A stretch of DNA of 64,000 nucleotides from an uncultured Muribaculaceae bacterium (lineage in GTDB: Bacteria; Bacteroidota; Bacteroidia; Bacteroidales; Muribaculaceae): contig CAJOFH010000003.1 in NCBI GenBank assembly GCA_905233845.1, positions 7,693 to 71,692 of the forward strand, written 5' to 3'. The notes under the pieces were generated by a model. It saw only the letters and a program-made list of their open reading frames with translations. It was not told the DNA's origin and ran no database searches. Each line of letters opens with the position of its first letter. The first letter of the stretch is position 1. Position numbers and translations under genes: made by a program. Shown here piece by piece: positions 17,539 through 28,029 of this stretch.

Positions 17539-18651
17539 TTATCCCAAAGGCTCTTCGTCTTCGATTTTGGTGAGGTCGAGTACTACGTTATCCTTGCCTT
17601 TGTCGAAGTAATGCTTTTTAAGTGGGTTTTGGTGCATTTCATCCCATTGCTGGCGATTGCGGAAGATGTCGATGGCCGTGTAGATGGCCTGACGCATCGA
17701 TTGTTCGTTGGCAATCCCCTGTCCTGCAATGTCGTATCCAGTGCCATGGTCGGGACTGGTGCGTACGTAGGGCAATTCTGCCGTCACGTTCACGCCTTCG
17801 TCCATAGAGATAACCTTGAAAGGTGCCAACCCCTGATCGTGATACATTGCGAGCACAGCGTCAAAGCGTCGGTATTGGTCGTTGCCGAAGAATCCGTCGG
17901 CAGGATAAGGTCCAAAGCACAGGATGTGATCATCGTTGGCCTGTTGTATGGCAGGCTCAATAATTTCTTTCTCTTCCTTGCCAATGACACCATTGTCACC
18001 ACAGTGAGGGTTGAGGCCCAGCACTGCGATGCGAGGTTTCTGTACATCAAAGTCGCGCTGGAGCGATTTGTCAAGGGCTCTGAGCTTCTCCAAAATCAAC
18101 TCTTGAGTGATGGTGGTTGCCACCTGTGCCACTGGAATGTGGGTGGTGACTAGTGCCACGCGCAGCTTGTCGCTGCATAAAATCATGAGAGCCTTCTCTC
18201 CATCACCAAGACTGGCCTCAAGATACTCGGTGTGTCCTGGGAACGAGAACTCCTCGCTATGAATGTTTTCCTTGTTTATAGGTGCTGTGACAAGTACGTC
18301 GATTACCCCCTTCTTGAGGTCGCTCACTGCAGCTTCAAGAGCAATGAATGCTGCCTTGCCAGCTTGCTTGCTGTTTTGCCCGAGTTCAACCTTTACTTCC
18401 TCGTTGATGGTCTCCACGATATTGACTGCGTTTTCTTTCACATAGCCAGCATTGCGGGTGATATTGACTTGAGTAGTCTGAATTCCGAGTGCTTTGCGAT
18501 GGTAGTTCATAACCTTGCTGGAGCCATAAATGATGGGTGTGCACAACTCCAGAATGTCGTTACTGATAAAGCATTTTGTGATAACCTCATAGCCCACACC
18601 ATTGGTGTCGCCCTGGGTGATGCCTATACGTATTTTTCTTTCTTTAATCAT
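17539..18651 (-). CDS. pdxA: 4-hydroxythreonine-4-phosphate dehydrogenase PdxA
   Basis: GITQGDTNGVGYEV, FPGHTEYL, GLNPHCG, AMYHDQG and RTSPDHGTGYDIAG. Confidence 0.93.
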   Translation of the reverse strand: MIKERKIRIGITQGDTNGVGYEVITKCFISNDILELCTPIIYGSSKVMNYHRKALGIQTTQVNITRNAGYVKENAVNIVETINEEVKVELGQNSKQAGKAAFIALEAAVSDLKKGVIDVLVTAPINKENIHSEEFSFPGHTEYLEASLGDGEKALMILCSDKLRVALVTTHIPVAQVATTITQELILEKLRALDKSLQRDFDVQKPRIAVLGLNPHCGDNGVIGKEEKEIIEPAIQQANDDHILCFGPYPADGFFGNDQYRRFDAVLAMYHDQGLAPFKVISMDEGVNVTAELPYVRTSPDHGTGYDIAGQGIANEQSMRQAIYTAIDIFRNRQQWDEMHQNPLKKHYFDKGKDNVVLDLTKIEDEEPLG

Positions 18652-18905
18652 TGTGTTTTATTCGTTTAACAATGTGGCATGTTTTTTGTAAGTTGAGAAC
18701 AGTGCCTACCATGCCATATTAAATAGGGGGTAAAATTACTGCTTTTTTATGAAACTGGCAAAATTAGTGCGACGATTTTAGCGAAAAGAGGTTTTTTGGC
18801 GTAAAAAAATGTTTAAAAATGGGTTTATAGTGATTTTATTATTACTTTTGTACAATAATAAGCAATCGTTTGATGTTTAGATTGTGTTTTATTTAAATTT
18901 TTTTT

Positions 18906-19673
18906 ATGACAATGAGCGACAGTGTAGTTATCATCCCTACCTTCAACGAGAAGGAGAACATCGAGGCGATAATCCGTGCCGTCTTGGCACTTGAGGAGCA
19001 GCATCGTTTTGACGTCCTTGTCATTGATGACAACAGCCCCGATGGCACTGCTGCAATCGTGGAACGTTTGATTGGGGAAATTCCTGAACGCATCAACATC
19101 ATCAAGCGTAGTGGGAAACTTGGCTTAGGAACTGCCTATATTGCAGGTTTTAAGTGGGCATTGGAGAAGGGCTACAGCTACATCATTGAGATGGACGCCG
19201 ACTTTTCGCACCGCCCTGAAGACTTGATACCATTGCACAAGGCATGTGCCGAGGAAGGAGCCGACGTATCGGTAGGCTCTCGTTACATCAGTGGTGTTAA
19301 CGTGGTGAACTGGCCTATGGGACGTGTTCTCATGAGTTATTATGCTTCGGCCTATGTGCGCATCGTCACTGGCATGAATGTTCGCGACACTACCGCAGGC
19401 TTTGTGTGCTACAAGCGCGAGGTGCTTGAGGCAATCAACCTTGACGCGATTGAGTTTAAGGGATATGCTTTCCAGATAGAGATGAAGTTCACCGCCTACC
19501 AGATGGGATTTCGCATCAAAGAGGTGCCTATCGTCTTCATAAACCGTGTGCTCGGCACAAGCAAGATGAGTGGCGGTATTTTCAGCGAAGCACTATTTGG
19601 TGTGATAAAACTTCGCTGGGATAGTATCTTCAATAGGGAACGTTTCACTCGCCGTTCTCCTGCTTCAAACTAA
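18906..19673 (+). CDS. Polyprenol monophosphomannose synthase (GT2)
   Basis: IIPTFNEKENI, DDNSPDGT, GLGTAY, EMDADFSH and GSRY. Confidence 0.88.
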   Translation: MTMSDSVVIIPTFNEKENIEAIIRAVLALEEQHRFDVLVIDDNSPDGTAAIVERLIGEIPERINIIKRSGKLGLGTAYIAGFKWALEKGYSYIIEMDADFSHRPEDLIPLHKACAEEGADVSVGSRYISGVNVVNWPMGRVLMSYYASAYVRIVTGMNVRDTTAGFVCYKREVLEAINLDAIEFKGYAFQIEMKFTAYQMGFRIKEVPIVFINRVLGTSKMSGGIFSEALFGVIKLRWDSIFNRERFTRRSPASN

Positions 19674-19807
19674 TCTTCTTAGACATACTAATTAGACGAA
19701 CTACAAATGATTATAGCTTAACCATCTCAGGAAATGACTGGGATGGTTGTTTTATTGAGGAAAACTCACTATTTTTGCACTATATTTCATTTTAAACAGA
19801 ACTATTC

Positions 19808-20779
19808 ATGAAAATTATCGTTCTTGACGGATATGTGGGAAACCCTGGCGATTTGTCGTGGGAACCACTGGAAAGACTGGGCGACGTGACGGTTTATCCT
19901 CGTAGTAAGCCCGAAGAAATCGTTGAACGTGCCATGCCTGGCGACGCACTGCTAACCAATAAAGTCGTCTTTGACCGAAAGCTAATTGAGGCTCTACCTA
20001 ATCTAAAATATATTGGGGTGATAGCCACTGGTTTCAACATTGTGGACCTGGAGGCTGCCAATGAGCGTGGCATCATAGTGACCAACGTTCCAGCCTACAG
20101 TACTGCCTCAGTGGCACAAGTGGCGATAGCTCACTTGCTCAACATGACTACTCATGCCGAGCACTACACTCGAGAGGCACGTGCCGGCGTGTGGAGCCGT
20201 AGCATCGACTACACCTATTGCAGCGCCCCATTCATTGAACTTGATGGTAAGACAATGGGAGTAGTGGGACTTGGAAATATTGGCAGCACAGTGGCGCGCA
20301 TCACTGCTGCAATGGGAATGAAAGTGCTTGCTTTCACCAGTAAGCCACAAGAGGCTTTGCCTCACTACGTCACTCGAGTCGAGACACTCGACGACCTGTT
20401 CATTCAATGTGATGTTGTGAGTCTGCACTGCCCATTGACTGCCGAAACACGTGGCATCGTCAACGCACGCCGACTGGCAATGATGAAACCCACCGGCATG
20501 GTAATCAACACCAGTCGTGGACCACTTATCGTAGAGGAAGATCTTGCAGCTGCGCTGAAAAATGGCGTGATTGCCGCTGCAGCTGTAGATGTACTCTGTC
20601 AGGAGCCTCCAGCTGCCGATAACCCATTGCTTGCACTTAACAATTGCTACTTTACCCCACACATCGGTTGGACAAGCGCCGAAGCCCGTCAGCGACTTAT
20701 GGACGTTGTAGTAAACAATGTGCGCACCTTCATGGAAGGCCACCCAACAAATGTGGTGAACAATCCCAAGACACACTAA
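19808..20779 (+). CDS. D-2-hydroxyacid dehydrogenase (glycerate dehydrogenase-like)
   Basis: GVVGLGNIG, SLHCPLT, INTSRG and TPHIGW. Confidence 0.9.
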   Translation: MKIIVLDGYVGNPGDLSWEPLERLGDVTVYPRSKPEEIVERAMPGDALLTNKVVFDRKLIEALPNLKYIGVIATGFNIVDLEAANERGIIVTNVPAYSTASVAQVAIAHLLNMTTHAEHYTREARAGVWSRSIDYTYCSAPFIELDGKTMGVVGLGNIGSTVARITAAMGMKVLAFTSKPQEALPHYVTRVETLDDLFIQCDVVSLHCPLTAETRGIVNARRLAMMKPTGMVINTSRGPLIVEEDLAAALKNGVIAAAAVDVLCQEPPAADNPLLALNNCYFTPHIGWTSAEARQRLMDVVVNNVRTFMEGHPTNVVNNPKTH

Positions 20780-20792
20780 TTCTTTGACACAT

Positions 20793-20835
20793 AAAAAGAG
20801 GCAGCCATTACGATGAGTAGTGGCTGTCTCTTTAT
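20793..20835. terminator. Bidirectional terminator between convergent genes
   Basis: AAAGAGGCAGCCATTAC...GTAGTGGCTGTCTCTTT hairpin. Confidence 0.65.
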
Positions 20836-20865
20836 GGAATGATTAGTAAGAATTAGTAGTCGGTT

Positions 20866-22980
20866 TTAGCGTTTCACGACCTTTGTGGCTGTACCATCAG
20901 TGTAGCGGATGATGAGGATGCCAGTGGCGTTCTCGCCCACGCGCTGACCTTGGGCATTGTAGATGGCTTCTACTTTGCGACCAGTGGCGTTGATGTCATC
21001 AATGCCAGTCACTACAGTTTCTTCGCCGCTTACTGCTACAAAGGTGTAGTTGTCAAACCAGCGTGGGTCAGTAGTAGCAATCTTTGGCATAATACCTTGT
21101 GCCTCGCTGTCCCATGCCTCGTTGAGGGTCATCATGCCATACATGGTGTAGAGGTTGCCTGGCTGGATAGTGATGCCGCTCAGGTTGTTGAGAACGATAC
21201 TAGTGCCCTGTGGATAGTTGCGATAGCTGCGCAGCTTGCCGTCGGCGTCGCCATAACCTTTCAAGTACATAACTTGAGATGGCTTAACATTGAAACCATC
21301 TTGCTCAATAAGGCTCAGGTTGAAAGTATCCAAGTCATAATCAATTTGCTCTCCAGTGAACTCTTTGATATAGCTTGCTGTGAATACAGGGTTGCCATTC
21401 TCTACGCTATAAGTGCCAATGAGGTCTCTGTAGGAAACAGTAAGGTCGTTGAAGTCGGTAGGAACTATCAGAGCGATGAAGTTGCCCATGTTGTCGGTAG
21501 CGCCCACTTTCTTGGTGTCGCCATCAACAATTTCAAAGCCATCAGCTATAGCCAGCTCGTTGCCAACAATATACTCCTTGCCATTCACGCCGTTCTCAAT
21601 AATTTCGGCGAGTGTGGTTGCAGGCTTTAGGTAGTTGATTGTATAAACCTTCACTGTGTTGAGGTCGTTGCTGATTACAGCCACGAAGACCTTGTATCTG
21701 TCGAGCTTCTCAACTACTTTCTTCACAAGATAGGCGTGCACGCTCTCGTAGGTGGCAGCGATGTCGCTCTCGGCTATTGTCTCACCATCGGCAAGTTCAA
21801 AGTTGTATTCATACACATCCTGAGAAAAACCTACGAGTGCCTCGCCCTTGACAGTTATGCCGGTGATTGCGGCATTATAGACCATTGCGATGTCATCAAC
21901 AAAAACTTGGTCGCCACTGCTGCCTTTGCCTGGGGTGGCATTGGTAGAGAAGGTCACGAGAAGTGCCTGGCCATTGATGCTTTCATCTACATAGTTGAAA
22001 GGCACGGTAAACTCACTCCAGCTGCATGTTTCAATTGTGTTGTTCTTGGCGGTAGCGAGTTTGTTTGTATAATTCTTGTCCTCAGGGTCTTGATAGTATG
22101 TGCCGTCGGTAATGATGGCGCTCATAGTGGCATATTTGTATGTATTTTGTGCGGTACCCTGTGTGAATTTCAACCAGAACTTGATGGCGTCGGGACGACC
22201 ATGCATCACGGTGTAGAATGGGTCGCCATTTTGGTCAACAACTGTGGAGCTCATGTCCAGGTGACTGTGGTTGGCAGTATTAGTTGCGCTAATGTTGCCA
22301 GCATTTAATTGACCAGTGGTCATGGTTCCGTTGTTCACAATACCCCAAGTGCTTCCCGACGTGATGACTGCGCTGGTGCCTGTAGCTCCACTGCGCACAT
22401 CGTCGCTTGGTGCCAAAGTTCCTTTCGCACTACTAGCTAAAGTGCCTGATGCGCTCTTGAAACCGTGCCAAGCAATGGGCTCGTTGTTGTCCTTGAATTC
22501 CTCGAATCCGCTGTTCTTGATTTGATAGCCAGTGAGCTCGCCGTCTTGAGCGAATTTCACGTTGATGGTTTGTCCAAGTTCAGCCATGTAAATGTCGATG
22601 TTGGTTGTCATGGCATATTGGTTAAATGCAAGCACCATGTTAATTGGCACATTACCCAGCATAGTGCCTAACCAGTAGTCATAGTTGGCATCATTGCCTT
22701 CGGTGATTGTGATATCCTGGCTGGTAATGATGCTTGTCAAGCCATTACTTGTAGTTCCAGGTGCAGTAACCACGATGTTTCCCACAGGAATTCCGTCCAT
22801 GATAAAGTTGTTGATACTCAGAGTGTAGTCATTACCATTCTGGACAACACTGATGGTTGATTCGGCACTGGTGCTCTCTCCGTTAACAGTGACGGTAAGG
22901 TTTCCAGTGTAATTGGTTGCCAATGCTGCTAATGCAGTCACTGCAGCGAGCATTGTGGAAAAAAGTTTTTTCATCTTCAT
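20866..22980 (-). CDS. Secreted calycin-like plus PCMD-domain protein with T9SS-type tail
   Basis: YTGNLTVTVNG calycin-like start; NSGFEEF...GRPDAIKFWLKF PCMD-like domain; tail IYNAQGQRV...ILIIRYTDGTATKVVK. Confidence 0.7.
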   Translation of the reverse strand: MKMKKLFSTMLAAVTALAALATNYTGNLTVTVNGESTSAESTISVVQNGNDYTLSINNFIMDGIPVGNIVVTAPGTTSNGLTSIITSQDITITEGNDANYDYWLGTMLGNVPINMVLAFNQYAMTTNIDIYMAELGQTINVKFAQDGELTGYQIKNSGFEEFKDNNEPIAWHGFKSASGTLASSAKGTLAPSDDVRSGATGTSAVITSGSTWGIVNNGTMTTGQLNAGNISATNTANHSHLDMSSTVVDQNGDPFYTVMHGRPDAIKFWLKFTQGTAQNTYKYATMSAIITDGTYYQDPEDKNYTNKLATAKNNTIETCSWSEFTVPFNYVDESINGQALLVTFSTNATPGKGSSGDQVFVDDIAMVYNAAITGITVKGEALVGFSQDVYEYNFELADGETIAESDIAATYESVHAYLVKKVVEKLDRYKVFVAVISNDLNTVKVYTINYLKPATTLAEIIENGVNGKEYIVGNELAIADGFEIVDGDTKKVGATDNMGNFIALIVPTDFNDLTVSYRDLIGTYSVENGNPVFTASYIKEFTGEQIDYDLDTFNLSLIEQDGFNVKPSQVMYLKGYGDADGKLRSYRNYPQGTSIVLNNLSGITIQPGNLYTMYGMMTLNEAWDSEAQGIMPKIATTDPRWFDNYTFVAVSGEETVVTGIDDINATGRKVEAIYNAQGQRVGENATGILIIRYTDGTATKVVKR

Positions 22981-23074
22981 TGATTTGTAATAATATTACC
23001 TATTAATTTAATGATAATAAGTGCCAAGTGCATTGAAAATTTGGCACTTGACACTTAATACTTAACTTTTGACT

Positions 23075-23617
23075 TTATTGTAAGAGGATGTTGTAAATAG
23101 AGGTGATGTCACCAGCAGTTACAACGCCGTCACCATCAACGTCACCAACTACTCCCTCAATACCTGGAGTGGTAAATTTCACATTGATGAACTGCTCAAG
23201 CGTAGCTGTCATATCGATGTCGATGTCAGCCTTGGCGTTGGTGCCGTCAAACTGTGCTGCCATGATAATGGGAACCTCGCCCAACATTGGACCTAACCAG
23301 AAAGGCATGTCAGGGTCGTCGCCTTCGGCGATAGAGATGCTTTGGTCAGCAACTACAGTTGTCACGCCATTAACGGTGTAACCCTTCATGTTGTCGAGCA
23401 CGATGTTACCTACGCCCATTAGGCTGCCGTCGTTGTCGAGGGCAAAATTGTTAATGCTTAGTTTGTAGGTGCCATCTTCGTTTTGGTCAATGTTGATGGT
23501 TGTTTCTTGAGTTCCACCCTCTCCATTGATTGACACGGTGATTTTACCGGCATAGTCGGTAGCAAAAGCACTTAAAGAAAGAGCTGCTGCTGCAATAAAA
23601 GTGAAAAATTTCTTCAT
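23075..23617 (-). CDS. Calycin-like domain protein with C-terminal dockerin-like repeat
   Basis: Paralogous to the N-terminus of 20866-22980; ends GDVDGDGVVTAGDITSIYNILLQ. Confidence 0.7.
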   Translation of the reverse strand: MKKFFTFIAAAALSLSAFATDYAGKITVSINGEGGTQETTINIDQNEDGTYKLSINNFALDNDGSLMGVGNIVLDNMKGYTVNGVTTVVADQSISIAEGDDPDMPFWLGPMLGEVPIIMAAQFDGTNAKADIDIDMTATLEQFINVKFTTPGIEGVVGDVDGDGVVTAGDITSIYNILLQ

Positions 23618-23670
23618 GATTTAAACGTTTAAATTATTGTTTTCTGATTATTTATTTCAATGTTGTTGCA

Positions 23671-24456
23671 TTATTTGAAGCGATAGGAGATACCTATTGT
23701 CGCATAGATGGGATAGAGTGTTTGATCGAGGGTTTTGAAGCTGCTCTTAAAGAAACCACTCAGACCCCAATTGAAGTCGGCATAAACGCCAAACTTGCGG
23801 GTAAAGAAGTAGTCAACGCCCACTCCAAAGCCCCATTGACATTTGCGGATGTCGTCTTTGAAGTCGTAGTTGCCACGTTCATTTTCCTCTCTACCTAACA
23901 ACACTTTAGCTCCCGTAGGATCATTCACACGAATATATCCGTCGTAGGCAAAGCCGTCAAAATTGCAACTGGCAAGATAGGAGAAATAAGGACCGAATTT
24001 GAGTTTCCACTTGTCATTGAATTTATAAACGGCTTGAATGGGAACTGTAAAAGTCCACTGCACAGCGTGGCTGTCGTTGTTGCCAGTGAACACGCCTTCC
24101 ATCGATTGACCGTCTTGTGTGACTTGCATGTGATAGTTCTTGACGGTAGCATCGATGTGCATTGCCTTGTTCTCGAAGTGTATGCCTGCGAGAACACCCC
24201 AGTGTTTACTGGCGGGCTTGATAAGGTCAGCACCAAATGCGACGTTAGGCTGTAGTATGAATTTGTTGAGTTTTCTGATTTCGGCAGGCATGCCCAGTGG
24301 AGCTGTGCCACCAATGGAATAACCAAGCCTACCATATCCTTCGACGTTGCGGAAGAAGTTCTGCAAGTTCTGGCAACCGCCATCGTTGGGCATTATGGCC
24401 CAGGCGCTTATTGATGCGATTACTGCGATTATTGCTGATGTTATATATCGTTTCAT
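23671..24456 (-). CDS. Outer-membrane beta-barrel (porin family) protein
   Basis: Signal peptide, amphipathic strands and a C-terminal ISYRF motif. Confidence 0.75.
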   Translation of the reverse strand: MKRYITSAIIAVIASISAWAIMPNDGGCQNLQNFFRNVEGYGRLGYSIGGTAPLGMPAEIRKLNKFILQPNVAFGADLIKPASKHWGVLAGIHFENKAMHIDATVKNYHMQVTQDGQSMEGVFTGNNDSHAVQWTFTVPIQAVYKFNDKWKLKFGPYFSYLASCNFDGFAYDGYIRVNDPTGAKVLLGREENERGNYDFKDDIRKCQWGFGVGVDYFFTRKFGVYADFNWGLSGFFKSSFKTLDQTLYPIYATIGISYRFK

Positions 24457-24483
24457 ATTAAGTCTAAAAAAACTGACAAGTGA

Positions 24484-25650
24484 TTATTCTTTTTCTTCGC
24501 AGGTAAGTCGCACCTTGTCAACCTTAAGTGTGCTTCCTATGGCTCCCTCAAAGGACGCACCATCTATGCTTGATGAGAACACTATTGTGAGGTTGTAACC
24601 TCGGTTGGCAAGCATATCGGGATTAATTTCCTTCTTGTACTCATACTCGATGTCGAAGGGCACCCACTGTCCGTTGGTTTCATTGACATTATTTACACGT
24701 GCCACTGCCACAATGTTCTCGCTTGTAAGAATGTTGTCACCGTACAGGACAAGAGGATTACCATTGCGGTCATGGTTGATGTAGAGCACTGAATAGATGT
24801 CGCCTGCGTCAATGCGGTCGGGGTGCTCTTTCATGTTCTTGTCGGTAAATGGCGAGCTCGGACTGTATTGATAGTAACCTGAAAATTTTACAGGTTTTTG
24901 AGTGAATGGAATACCAAACTCAGTGGCTTTCAACGGCTGAAGAATTGCAGAGATAATGTTGAACTTGCCTAAGAACAGGTTGCCGGCAGCGATAGGTTTG
25001 CCCATACCTGCGCCTAAAGAACCAGCATATCTTGTGACAAACTGAACTCCATGTCCATCATAACCGTTATCCAGTACAAATGTTGGATAATCATTGGGAG
25101 CAGAATTTCTGTTGGCAATGTAGAAACCGTAATTGCCTGTTGCCCAATCATCACCAAGAGTACCATCGGGCAAGGTGTTGTGCCACACATAGAACTTGTG
25201 GTAATCTTTATCAAGCTCAAAATGCTCGAAGTCAAAGTCGATTACTGATGTTGTGTATCGTGCCATGCGGTTGCACGACACGGTGTAAGTGCGGCTCCAT
25301 TTGCCATCTTGGGATGTGACGGTGTAGGTCACAGGGTCATTGCTGAAGTCATGTGCCGATCCGCTGGCTGGTGAAATGGTGGCACCAGGGGTGATGGTGA
25401 ACTGTGGCGCAAAAGCAGTCACATCGGCATCATCGCGCATCGTGAACACTATCTTGTCCTCGTTACTGAGCACATTTATGAGCGTGTCGTTAGCGTTGTA
25501 GAAGCTTGCGTCAAGGTCATCGACGTGCACCCATGCCTTTTCAATGTCGCACTCGGCATTAAGAGGTTCTTCCTTAAAACATGAGGTAAAAATGGTGGTA
25601 ACTGTTGTAAGTGCCACTATAACAACCACTTTATGATGAAAAAAACTCAT
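24484..25650 (-). CDS. PCMD-domain lipoprotein
   Basis: Lipobox TSC; Ig-like TPGATISPASG..DFSNDPVTYTVTS; IAAGNLFLG.F; GAIGSTLKVD. Confidence 0.75.
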   Translation of the reverse strand: MSFFHHKVVVIVALTTVTTIFTSCFKEEPLNAECDIEKAWVHVDDLDASFYNANDTLINVLSNEDKIVFTMRDDADVTAFAPQFTITPGATISPASGSAHDFSNDPVTYTVTSQDGKWSRTYTVSCNRMARYTTSVIDFDFEHFELDKDYHKFYVWHNTLPDGTLGDDWATGNYGFYIANRNSAPNDYPTFVLDNGYDGHGVQFVTRYAGSLGAGMGKPIAAGNLFLGKFNIISAILQPLKATEFGIPFTQKPVKFSGYYQYSPSSPFTDKNMKEHPDRIDAGDIYSVLYINHDRNGNPLVLYGDNILTSENIVAVARVNNVNETNGQWVPFDIEYEYKKEINPDMLANRGYNLTIVFSSSIDGASFEGAIGSTLKVDKVRLTCEEKE

Positions 25651-25888
25651 TTCAAATATTCGTTAATATTCATTTATTGATATGCTGTCAATTCAAGCTG
25701 CAAAGTTAGTCATTTTTCTTAAATTAAAATATGATTTATATTAAAATATTATTTATAATTTTAAAAATAAGTTTTTGCTATTTGAAAATGTTGATTATTT
25801 AAATTTAAATTGTATATTTGCGCCACAAAATAAAAAGGCTGCTTTTACTGCTATTGTAAGAGTGACTATAACACACTATAAATAGCTT

Positions 25889-27901
25889 TTGCTGATGTTT
25901 GACACATTAATACGACAGTTATTTGAACTGAGATGGTTTAAGAGTTTGAAAACCAATACGGTTCCCCGATGGATGATATTATTTATCGACATGCTTCTCG
26001 TAGCGTGCAGTTATGGCGTGTTTGTGCTCTCAAGTCTCAATCCCCAAATCACTCAATCGGCTTTTGTGATTATTAGAAACTTGATACTTGTTGTGGCGGT
26101 TTATGGTTTGGTGACTTTTATGTCAAAGAGCTACACTTGTGTCATACGATTGTCGGTAATCGAGGACCTGTATCGGGAGTTTGTTGTAGTTTTTGTATCA
26201 ACTGTAATCCTTACTTGCATCAATTTTTTATATGCCACCATCACAAAAGATGTGCTCATCAGCTATTGGGGCATTATCTACATTGGGGTGCTATCGTTTG
26301 CCATGCTCACCATTGAGCGCCTGATAATAAAGTATATATATGCCCGAATCACTGCTACAGACAGCCAGCGTCGCAAGGTTCTTGTGCTTGGTACGTCGCT
26401 TGACTCTCTGATTCTTGCCAATGCGTTGAAGAACGAGATAGGTGGCAAGTATGAGCCCGTGGGTCTGCTCAGCATAAAAAGTGGAAAGGACAAGGACGAA
26501 ATCAATGGTTTCAAGGTGTTTAAATACCGTCCCGAGAAAATTCAGGAGATATTTATAGGTAATGGCATCCATGCATTGATTTTTGATTCTTCAAGCATCA
26601 AATTGATGCGCAATGGCTTTGCCGATGCTTTTATTGAGAATAATATAGCTCTGCTGGCGATCAACAAAGTAGAGGAGTTTGAACTTGATGACGAGCGCGA
26701 TGGCTCCAACATCTCTACCTATATCAAGGAGGTGCAGATTGAGGACTTGCTGGGTCGTGACCCCATTGTGCTGAACAATGCGTTGGTGCGCTCACACATT
26801 AAGGACTCGGTAGTGCTAATAACAGGCGCCTGTGGCTCGATTGGCAGTGAGATAGTGCGCCAGGTAGCAACCTACAAGGCCCGTCGCATCATTCTTGTGG
26901 ACCAAGCCGAAACACCGATGCACGATTTGAGTCTTGAGATGAAAAAGGACTTCCCTGAGGCCGACGTGGTGCTCTACATGGGCGATGTTCATAATCATGC
27001 CCGCATGGAGAATGCTTTCAAGGAGTATCAACCAAAATATGTGTTCCACGCTGCTGCCTACAAACACGTGCCCATGATGGAGCTGAACCCCACCGAAGCA
27101 GTGCTCACTAATGTGGAAGGCACCAAAAACATCGCCGACTTAGCCTTGAAATATGGAGTATATAAATTTGTGATGGTTTCAACCGACAAGGCGGTGAATC
27201 CCAGCAACATCATGGGATGCACAAAGCGTTTAGCCGAGATTTATTGCCAGTCGCTGTTTTTCGACGCTCAGAAAATGGGCAAGAACACCCAGTTTATTAC
27301 TACTCGTTTTGGCAACGTGCTTGGTAGCAATGGTTCGGTTATCCCCTTGTTCCGTAGGCAGATAGAAAGTGGTGGCCCTGTTACTGTGACTCATCGCGAC
27401 ATCATCCGTTACTTCATGACTATCCCTGAGGCATGTTCGCTCGTGCTGGAGGCTGGATGTATGGGGCATGGCGGTGAGATTTACATCTTTGACATGGGTC
27501 AACCAGTTCGCATCTACGACCTTGCCATGCGCATGATTTCTCTTGCTGGTTTGCGTCCCAATGTTGACATAAAGATTGAGGAAATAGGTCTGCGACCTGG
27601 CGAGAAACTCTATGAAGAGCTGCTAAACGACAAGGAGAACACCATCAAGACCGACAACGAGAAAATTATGATTGCCCAAGTGCGCAAGTATGACTACTTT
27701 GATGTGTGCAACAACATTGACAATATCATCGAATTGGCACAGAGCGGCAATATCCACGATATGGTCAAGAGCATGAAGCAGTTTGTTCCTGAGTATAAGA
27801 GCATGCATAGCGAGTATGAGAACATCGATCATGAGATTGAGAATGGCGACAAGCCTAACGACAATTACTACTTCAACCCAACGGCGCCAGTGGGAGAATA
27901 A
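25889..27901 (+). CDS. Nucleoside-diphosphate sugar epimerase/dehydratase (CapD/PglF-like)
   Basis: N-terminal TM helices; ITGACGSIGSE, FHAAAYKHVPMME, STDKAVNP, RFGNVLGSNGSV and GLRPGEKLYEEL. Exact start uncertain. Confidence 0.9.
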   Translation: MLMFDTLIRQLFELRWFKSLKTNTVPRWMILFIDMLLVACSYGVFVLSSLNPQITQSAFVIIRNLILVVAVYGLVTFMSKSYTCVIRLSVIEDLYREFVVVFVSTVILTCINFLYATITKDVLISYWGIIYIGVLSFAMLTIERLIIKYIYARITATDSQRRKVLVLGTSLDSLILANALKNEIGGKYEPVGLLSIKSGKDKDEINGFKVFKYRPEKIQEIFIGNGIHALIFDSSSIKLMRNGFADAFIENNIALLAINKVEEFELDDERDGSNISTYIKEVQIEDLLGRDPIVLNNALVRSHIKDSVVLITGACGSIGSEIVRQVATYKARRIILVDQAETPMHDLSLEMKKDFPEADVVLYMGDVHNHARMENAFKEYQPKYVFHAAAYKHVPMMELNPTEAVLTNVEGTKNIADLALKYGVYKFVMVSTDKAVNPSNIMGCTKRLAEIYCQSLFFDAQKMGKNTQFITTRFGNVLGSNGSVIPLFRRQIESGGPVTVTHRDIIRYFMTIPEACSLVLEAGCMGHGGEIYIFDMGQPVRIYDLAMRMISLAGLRPNVDIKIEEIGLRPGEKLYEELLNDKENTIKTDNEKIMIAQVRKYDYFDVCNNIDNIIELAQSGNIHDMVKSMKQFVPEYKSMHSEYENIDHEIENGDKPNDNYYFNPTAPVGE

Positions 27902-27924
27902 AATGCAGAATAAGGTATGAAATA

Positions 27925-27956
27925 GAGAGGGTGTGTCATCAATTTGACACACCCTC
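27925..27956. terminator. Intrinsic terminator hairpin
   Basis: AGAGGGTGTGTCA-loop-TGACACACCCTCT perfect inverted repeat. Confidence 0.7.
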
Positions 27957-28029
27957 TGTAAATCTTGTAGTGATAATTAGCTTGGGTTGATTCTAAATAA
28001 TCGCTCCGTTCTTTTGTATTATTGTCATT

